From IMG/VR virus record IMGVR_UViG_3300048009_000750: 20,000 bases of DNA; one strand, 5' to 3'. Origin of the DNA: an uncultured virus (IMG/VR IMGVR_UViG_3300048009_000750) (lineage: Duplodnaviria; Heunggongvirae; Uroviricota; Caudoviricetes). Of this stretch, positions 14,701 to 20,000 are shown piece after piece; position 1 is the stretch's first letter, and each line of letters begins with the position of its first letter. The notes under the pieces are model-generated. The model searched no databases and was not told the DNA's origin. It worked only from the letters and a program-made list of their open reading frames with translations. The position numbers and the translations under genes were made by a program.

Positions 14701-17700
14701 GTTGTAGCTGCACCAAATGCATTTACTGTTGTTGCATTAGCATTTATCACATTCATTGTAGTTTGGTTAGTAGTGATATCACCGCCATCTACATTAAGAT
14801 CTAAATCAACATCTAAATTGTTATGTACAGTTGTTGTGCCTGTTGCAGCACCAATTTCAACTGTGGTTGCATCACCGCCCATATTAATTGTAGTAGCAGT
14901 ATCGTCTAACAACCCAACAGTAGTTTCTGTTGTACTGATTGTGTCATTTACTTCAACTTCGCCGGTAAATGCTGCTTTACCAGCAGTATCAATGGTCATA
15001 CGTGTTGTTGCAATATGTTGAATATCGCTTGTAGTTAACGCTTCACCGGTTCTAATAATAAAGTCACCACCTGTTGCATTACCTGTACCTAAACCAGCTT
15101 GTAGTGTTAAATCACCACCTTCTGTGTCTATGCCTATTGCACTTGTACCAGCTATAATACCACTTACAGGAGCAGTAGAGTTTTGCGCATTACCGATAAA
15201 CATATTAGGATTTTTTACAACGAAGTTTGCGTTTATAGTTAATTGGCCTGCAGGAACATCAACTGGATTTGATGTAACATTTGCATCAGTCTGGAATGTA
15301 AACGATGTAGCATTAGATGTAGCACCAATTATTGGCCAAGTACCGTCTAGATTAGTTTTTGTACTTGAGCCAATATTAATTGTATCACCTACATCGATAC
15401 CAAGTGTTTTTGGTGTGTATGTAAATGTTAATGTTGCTCCACTTAAAATAGTACCAGTTGTATTGTTGCTTAAATAAATGTAATCACCTGTAACACCGCT
15501 TACTGTTGTGTTTGCAGGGATACTACCACTTCCAGTTACAATCATTCCTGCAAGTACACTAGATGTATCATCTAATGGAATTTCGTTTAATCCGTTGTCA
15601 GTTGGATCATTTGTGGTAGCAGTTATGCTTTTTAAATTACCTACAACATTTTGACTTGCACTAGCATCATATCCGTCTAAAAATGGAAATAAGTTTCTTG
15701 TACCTTCTGTACTACCTATATCGATATTAGTTGCATCGCCGCCAATATTTAAACTTGTAACATTATCATTATATACAGTACCACTACCTGTGCTTGCAGA
15801 AGTAAGTGCAGCAGCACCAACGTCTAATCCTTCTGCAAGATCAAGTGCTGTGCCCCATTCAGGTGTTTCACCGTTTGATTTTAAGATAGCATTGTTTCTA
15901 CCTATAGATAATGGATTAAGTGTACCAGTTGTTTCTGCATAAAGCAAATCGCCTCTAGCATAAGAAGTAATGTTTGTCCCTCCTCTGTTTACAGGAACAG
16001 GACTTGTTAAGTTTGCAGGATTAAGAAAGTATGCACTATCTAATGAATCCAGTGTACCAGCATCAACAACACCATCTTTAAGGAATACTTCGCCACTAGC
16101 ATTAGCGTTTACATCAAATTGTGATTGTAAAAATTTTGAAACACCTAGTGTAGAGAATGTTCCGCCCGGATCAAGGTCAACATTATTGACACCAATACTA
16201 ACAGTGCCGTAAAACTCTTGACTTACGCTATTGCCTACAAGTGTAATTGGGTTTTCAGTTGTACTTGCCTTTTTAAGTTTTTGTACAACAACAGAATATG
16301 CACTATCACCTCTTAGGAATGTGTCACTATTTGGAACACCGCTACCGCCAAGTCTACTTGGTGATATAATACCTGAAATAATATTTTCAGCATCAATATT
16401 TGTAACAGCGAGTGTATTCCAATTTTTCTTTAATCTACTTGATGTATTAATTTGACCTGTAACTTGAGCATTACTTCGTGTACTTCTAGCAGTACCAATT
16501 CCTACACTTGTTAAATCTTCTGGATTTGTTACAAGATCATTAATACTGCTTAGAGCATCACTGCGTAGAACGTGTAGTGTAAATGAGTTAGTAGTTACAG
16601 AACCAACAAAGAATCTAGAACCGTCTGGAATAGGATCGGCACCATCAACTATAGGTAATGCATTACTTGAACTACCGTCTGATAGTGTGTTTAATCTAAC
16701 AGCATCGGCTGTTGTGTATCCGTGATTCTCGATAATAACGCTGTTGTCAGTTATGTTAACTGTACTTCTTGTCAAATTATGATTGTTGTTAGCAGGAGTA
16801 CTTGCAAATTCTATTTTGTTAAGTAGTGCAAATCCTTCGTACAATTCAATTGTATTATTGTCTATGAATTTTGCATAAACAACTTGTCCGTTCAAAATAC
16901 CACCGATTGGAGCATTACCTAATGTATCGTATTTTAATGGATCACCATTTGAGTATCCGTGATTTGGTATGGTAATTCTAAAGTTGGTATAGTCAACAGC
17001 ACCGCCTGCGCCGGAAGAACCTGCTAAGAAGTTATGTGTGATAAAATCATCTAAGTTTATGTCTCGTGCCGTTTGTACAGCAGTGTTATCTTCTACAAAG
17101 TCAACACTTGAACTACTTGCAACAAAAAGTTCGCCGCCAATAATGTCAATGTAAGCACGTTTTTCAAAAGCAGTAACTTCTATCTGGAATCCACTTCCTG
17201 TGTTTCCTACACTACTAGAAGCTGCACTTAATAAATCTCCAATCGCATAACCTGTGCCGCCTGTTTTAATATCAACATCGGTAACTTGTCCCGCTGTGAC
17301 TGTAATATCTGCTGTAGCACCCGTACCACTTCCTGTTACATTTGTTAATACTACATCGAGATATGTTTGGTTTCCTACTGTTGGAGTGTATAAAGTACCG
17401 CCTGTAATATTAGAATTATCAATACCTGATAACACACCTTCTCTCAATTCAGTTACTCTACCCTGAGCATTACCGTCAGCACTTCTTACAACACTGCCAA
17501 CAAAACCGTCAGATACAGCAAAACTTGCAACGTCATCCGGATCTACATTTGAATATGTAAATGTTGTACTTGTTGGCGTACTAATAACTTGTCCATTTGT
17601 TTCAAAAGTTTCATTATCAGAACAGGTAATACTGATTTGATTACCAATTAAGAGATTGTGAGCACCGCTTGTTGTAGCAGTTGTAACATTTGAAGTACGT

Positions 17701-20000
17701 TCTAAGTTTGTAATTGTATTTGTAGTAAATGTATAATCATCTGTTGGATCTAGTATCAGGAATTGACTTGAATTAGAACTTCTTAAAAAGAAGTTGTCAA
17801 TAACTTGACTTGATAGACCAATACCTGTAGGATATACACCACTGTCAACACCGTCAACAAAAATGTTGTTTCCAACACCAGTTTGGAATTGTGAGCCTGT
17901 ACTATCGTCTCCAACAATCCATTCACCGCCAATACTTGCTACAAGAATGTTACCGCTGTTACCATATAGTCCTTTGGCATAACCAGTTGCGCCAAATGCA
18001 GTAGGTTGTGTAATAATAGCTCCGTCAGCAGCACTAATATTTCCACTTAGAGTAAGTTCTACTTGTTCATAATTTTCTGTAGCAATGTCACCAGCTTTCA
18101 AATCAACAGGTGGTATATTATCAACTTGTTCAAGTCTTGATTGATAACCTTGTGTGTTGGTATTTGTAAACTGACGTGTTGCTGGAATTAAGTCTCCATT
18201 AAGTTGTCCATTTGTGTTTAATTGAACAATGGCACCCGGAACAGCAGCAGTTGACACAGTTTTGTCAACAAAGCCTCCTAATCTATTACTAATAAATGCT
18301 CTAACAGCTAACTGAGTTGAAAGTCTTGCATTACTTGCACCACCTAGCTCGTCATCGCCTAAGTTTACACTTGTTGAAATTTCTTCAATTGCAACATCTG
18401 ACAAACTTAGTCTCAAAGCATCAAGTTCATCAACCTGAACTTTGTTTCTAAATGTGATATTACCTGTTCTGTTAAACGCTGTAATAAAGTCACCAACTTT
18501 AAAGTCACCAAGTTCGTTTGTACCTGAAGAGTAAACACGACCGGGTAGTTCTTCAAACTGTTCAAATTCACTTTTTGTGTTACCGCCGTTTTGTGGTAAT
18601 GCGTTATAGTCTGTACCTGAACCTGCATATTCCCAAGTGTGTGATGATGAGTTAACAATACTTGGTCTGTGGAACCAAACCTGATTTTCTGGTAAGGCTG
18701 ATAGGTTACTTAAAGAACTACTACCGTCAGTTGCTTTAATAGCAAAAGTTGCAGTACCAAGTCCTAATTTAGATTGCGCAGCATTTACACCAATAGTGGT
18801 ATTTGGTGTGCCAGCGTGATCTGCTGTAATAGTACTAGTTTCGTCGAATTGGATACGCAACAAACTTTGACCAACTGCTACTTGTTCTATACTAACTATA
18901 AGTTCTCTTATGGCAGGCTTCCAACTAAACACAATAGCAGCATTATTACTTGTACCTGTAACACCGGTAATCTGTCTACCCGGTACAAACTCATAACTCT
19001 CAGAACCCGATTCTAATTCTAATGTTTGATAAGTTGTATGCGAATCAGTAATCTCATTTACAAAGAATTCAATAACACCTGATAAAAATTTATGTGTACC
19101 GGTACTTGTAGCAAGAACATTAACATCAAAATCGCCCGATTCGTCAAATGTTAAACTAAATTCGTCATCATTAATAATTTTAATATAATATGTTTGTTCT
19201 GCATCTAGTCCTTGTATGACTGGATTGTTATCTGGATCATAAATTACTTTTTGTCCGTTAGTAAATCCGTGATCTACAATTGTAAATACATCAACATTTA
19301 CGTTTACATCCGTTGAACCATTAAATGTACTTTCGGTAGCATTGGTTTTAAAATCGTTTGTAATATCGCCTTCTGAACTTACATCTTGTGCATCTGGTAA
19401 ATCATCACCATCATTAATAATAGTTGTTACTATGTCAAATCTACTACCTACAAAATTTCGTGATGCTAATGACAGACTTGTAATTTCTGCTAATGTTAAT
19501 GCCTTGGCTTGATTAATAGCACTTATAGTTTGTCTTTCTTGTCCACTAATACTAATCTGCGAACTATCGCCAATGTTTTTATTGTAGTAAGATAAACCAG
19601 CACTACGTGAATATCTGTTACCTGTATCCCAAGCATCTTTTGCAACAGCTTCAACAATCAGTTTTGTATCACGTAAACATTTTGAATTATCGTATGTAAA
19701 GTTATACCACTGTGCAGCATCTACTTGTGTTTCAATGTATGCGTTAACATTTTGTCCAATATTTTTTTGTGCTTCAGGATATAGTCTATCTTTATCTTCT
19801 ACAAGTGCGGCTGAAACCCAAGTTGTACCTGGTTCAATTTTAGTTGGAGGAGTTGCACCATCGCTATCAACATAATCAATAATTTCTTGTATTCTATCTT
19901 TTGCAGCATTAGACGCATCGCTGCTACCTGCTGTTCCGGATGTGTCTTGAGTCAAAGCATTACCAGCGGATACTGTTACCGCTTGTTCAAGAATAACTTG
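11409..20000 (-). CDS. Giant tail fibre / virion structural protein with C-terminal intramolecular chaperone (peptidase S74), >2863 aa, 5'-truncated by the window
   Basis: Frame is open from 20000 (QVILEQAVTVSAGNALTQDTSG...), so the TTG at 19955 is internal. G/T/S/N-rich fibre repeats throughout. C-terminal YYSDARLK...ALDKI..LNG...GVSAQEVQAVLPEIV...VSYEKLTPVLIEAIKEQQTQIDEL is the S74 auto-processing domain. Confidence 0.9.
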   Translation of the reverse strand, partial: QVILEQAVTVSAGNALTQDTSGTAGSSDASNAAKDRIQEIIDYVDSDGATPPTKIEPGTTWVSAALVEDKDRLYPEAQKNIGQNVNAYIETQVDAAQWYNFTYDNSKCLRDTKLIVEAVAKDAWDTGNRYSRSAGLSYYNKNIGDSSQISISGQERQTISAINQAKALTLAEITSLSLASRNFVGSRFDIVTTIINDGDDLPDAQDVSSEGDITNDFKTNATESTFNGSTDVNVNVDVFTIVDHGFTNGQKVIYDPDNNPVIQGLDAEQTYYIKIINDDEFSLTFDESGDFDVNVLATSTGTHKFLSGVIEFFVNEITDSHTTYQTLELESGSESYEFVPGRQITGVTGTSNNAAIVFSWKPAIRELIVSIEQVAVGQSLLRIQFDETSTITADHAGTPNTTIGVNAAQSKLGLGTATFAIKATDGSSSLSNLSALPENQVWFHRPSIVNSSSHTWEYAGSGTDYNALPQNGGNTKSEFEQFEELPGRVYSSGTNELGDFKVGDFITAFNRTGNITFRNKVQVDELDALRLSLSDVAIEEISTSVNLGDDELGGASNARLSTQLAVRAFISNRLGGFVDKTVSTAAVPGAIVQLNTNGQLNGDLIPATRQFTNTNTQGYQSRLEQVDNIPPVDLKAGDIATENYEQVELTLSGNISAADGAIITQPTAFGATGYAKGLYGNSGNILVASIGGEWIVGDDSTGSQFQTGVGNNIFVDGVDSGVYPTGIGLSSQVIDNFFLRSSNSSQFLILDPTDDYTFTTNTITNLERTSNVTTATTSGAHNLLIGNQISITCSDNETFETNGQVISTPTSTTFTYSNVDPDDVASFAVSDGFVGSVVRSADGNAQGRVTELREGVLSGIDNSNITGGTLYTPTVGNQTYLDVVLTNVTGSGTGATADITVTAGQVTDVDIKTGGTGYAIGDLLSAASSSVGNTGSGFQIEVTAFEKRAYIDIIGGELFVASSSSVDFVEDNTAVQTARDINLDDFITHNFLAGSSGAGGAVDYTNFRITIPNHGYSNGDPLKYDTLGNAPIGGILNGQVVYAKFIDNNTIELYEGFALLNKIEFASTPANNNHNLTRSTVNITDNSVIIENHGYTTADAVRLNTLSDGSSSNALPIVDGADPIPDGSRFFVGSVTTNSFTLHVLRSDALSSINDLVTNPEDLTSVGIGTARSTRSNAQVTGQINTSSRLKKNWNTLAVTNIDAENIISGIISPSRLGGSGVPNSDTFLRGDSAYSVVVQKLKKASTTENPITLVGNSVSQEFYGTVSIGVNNVDLDPGGTFSTLGVSKFLQSQFDVNANASGEVFLKDGVVDAGTLDSLDSAYFLNPANLTSPVPVNRGGTNITSYARGDLLYAETTGTLNPLSIGRNNAILKSNGETPEWGTALDLAEGLDVGAAALTSASTGSGTVYNDNVTSLNIGGDATNIDIGSTEGTRNLFPFLDGYDASASQNVVGNLKSITATTNDPTDNGLNEIPLDDTSSVLAGMIVTGSGSIPANTTVSGVTGDYIYLSNNTTGTILSGATLTFTYTPKTLGIDVGDTINIGSSTKTNLDGTWPIIGATSNATSFTFQTDANVTSNPVDVPAGQLTINANFVVKNPNMFIGNAQNSTAPVSGIIAGTSAIGIDTEGGDLTLQAGLGTGNATGGDFIIRTGEALTTSDIQHIATTRMTIDTAGKAAFTGEVEVNDTISTTETTVGLLDDTATTINMGGDATTVEIGAATGTTTVHNNLDVDLDLNVDGGDITTNQTTMNVINANATTVNAFGAATTINLGTGGDGGGTTTIGHDLVVSGDLTVNGDTTTINSTELTVDDKTITIASGAADGSAANGAGILVDGANASLLWDNANTSWDSTEDFNLASGKQYYINDASVLSSTTLGGAVVNSSLQTLGTIGTGVWQGTIISPTYGGTGVNNGTKTITLGGNLTHSGAHTLTLTTTNNTNITLPTSGTLSITGNPLSQFASTTSAQLAGVISDETGTGNLVYNNNPNFTNSVTTSSATFAAFNTNATTVNAFGAATALGLGATSGTTTVNNGLAVLGNLSIGGLSDLTVSGGTFSLANTGATTVNAFGAATTINMGASTGTMNLNNANVVVAGDLAVNGNTIDTDETGTFNLLKDNATAIAFGQAATAIVIGETSGTSTFRHNVTIDQDLTITGNLVIGAIDNVPIGQTTPAAGGFTTLSANNFVTFTDATNATGDFATGSASVKITGGLHVAKDIKADNFIGDSSANDLTSGTIPDARVPSSAITQHQTDITATGILNGGSITSGFGNIDIGTSTFSGNGSGLTTLSATQLTTGTIPDARIQSSGVTQHQGDISGVGTLASGSISSGFGNIDIGTNSITATGAASLGSTNFNDNNLTNVGNIALDSLSADNGASISVNANAIVTILNTSSATSTTSGALRVSGGLGVAGNIYGGAIYTANGANIQSLNASNLSSGTVPNTRIDGTYSNLTGTGALDAGEITSNFGNINIGTSTFTGNGSGLTNVDADTLDGINGASLLRSDEADTMAGLLTMSHAGDEMIRLADTSSTGNPYISWYQAGTRRAYMQYVDSGDRVYIANEGGSTAINLDGGTSGLEFIEGSNTYTVWHSGNDGAGSGLNADTLDGVSSGSFLRSDANDSFSGTISGAGDISISGNITAATFTGDGSGLTGVTATNASTLDNLDSTEFLRSNASDAFTSGTLTINDDLALQLGSSTSNAFQWRFEDANGKLQGRFYGSATFIALSDYSSGSFGGEKILLRRNGNIDASGEITAYYSDARLKDFQGTIPNALDKIMSLNGYYFTENDKAKELGYSNDKMQIGVSAQEVQAVLPEIVKLAPISQNEGVDDYYTVSYEKLTPVLIEAIKEQQTQIDELKEMVQKLLDK
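11985..12550 (-). repeat. Three A[D/S]TLD...[F/L]LRS[D/N] fibre joint repeats
   Basis: DADTLDGINGASLLRSDEAD, NADTLDGVSSGSFLRSDAND and NASTLDNLDSTEFLRSNASD. Confidence 0.85.
12555..13320 (-). repeat. Three copies of a ~60-aa fibre shaft repeat
   Basis: LTSGTIPDAR...ITSGFGNIDIGTSTFSGNGSGLT and LTTGTIPDAR...ISSGFGNIDIGT are in tandem with a 62-aa period. A third copy reads LSSGTVPNTR...ITSNFGNINIGTSTFTGNGSGLT. Confidence 0.85.
13605..15765 (-). repeat. Dispersed ATTVNAFGAATTIN-type fibre repeats (about 6 copies)
   Basis: VTSLNIGGDATNIDIG, ATTINMGGDATTVEIG, ATTVNAFGAATTINLG, ATTVNAFGAATALGLG, ATTVNAFGAATTINMG and ATAIAFGQAATAIVIG. Confidence 0.8.

Noticed and set aside
11920..19016. Many plus-strand Val/Pro/Leu-rich ORFs and the minus-strand ORF 18413-18658
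   Set aside because: They are antisense or alternate-frame by-products of the biased Gly/Thr/Asn codon usage of the fibre gene.
19953..19955. TTG start of the 2848-aa ORF
   Set aside because: The frame stays open to base 20000, so the true start is outside the window.
1..20000. Stop-codon reassignment (no gene here ends in TAG)
   Set aside because: Genes are full length and tile the window under the standard code. Absence of TAG among about 11 stops is unremarkable in an AT-rich genome.

Overview
AT-rich, gene-dense segment of a large T4-like (contractile-tailed, probably jumbo) phage genome, covering virion structural genes plus an accessory cassette. From left to right: 5' part of a tail sheath gene (minus, runs off the left edge, absent from the ORF track); a sigma70-driven DUF3310-like gene; an SGNH-like esterase coupled to gp13-like neck protein; divergent gp14-like and gp15-like genes; a Nudix hydrolase; a four-gene minus-strand operon; and the 3' ~8.6 kb of a giant tail fibre ending in a peptidase S74 chaperone (runs off the right edge). 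The operon is the most unusual part. It has its own near-consensus sigma70 promoter and encodes a 56-aa ORF missing from the track, a 124-aa unknown protein, a GT2-type glycosyltransferase, and an 1103-aa protein. The 1103-aa protein has 5-6 degenerate ~100-aa GT-A-like repeats, one intact GT-A-like domain and two tandem SCP2-like lipid-binding domains. This is a candidate phage glycosylation or glycolipid-modification system. All family assignments are from motif recognition by eye, not from database searches.
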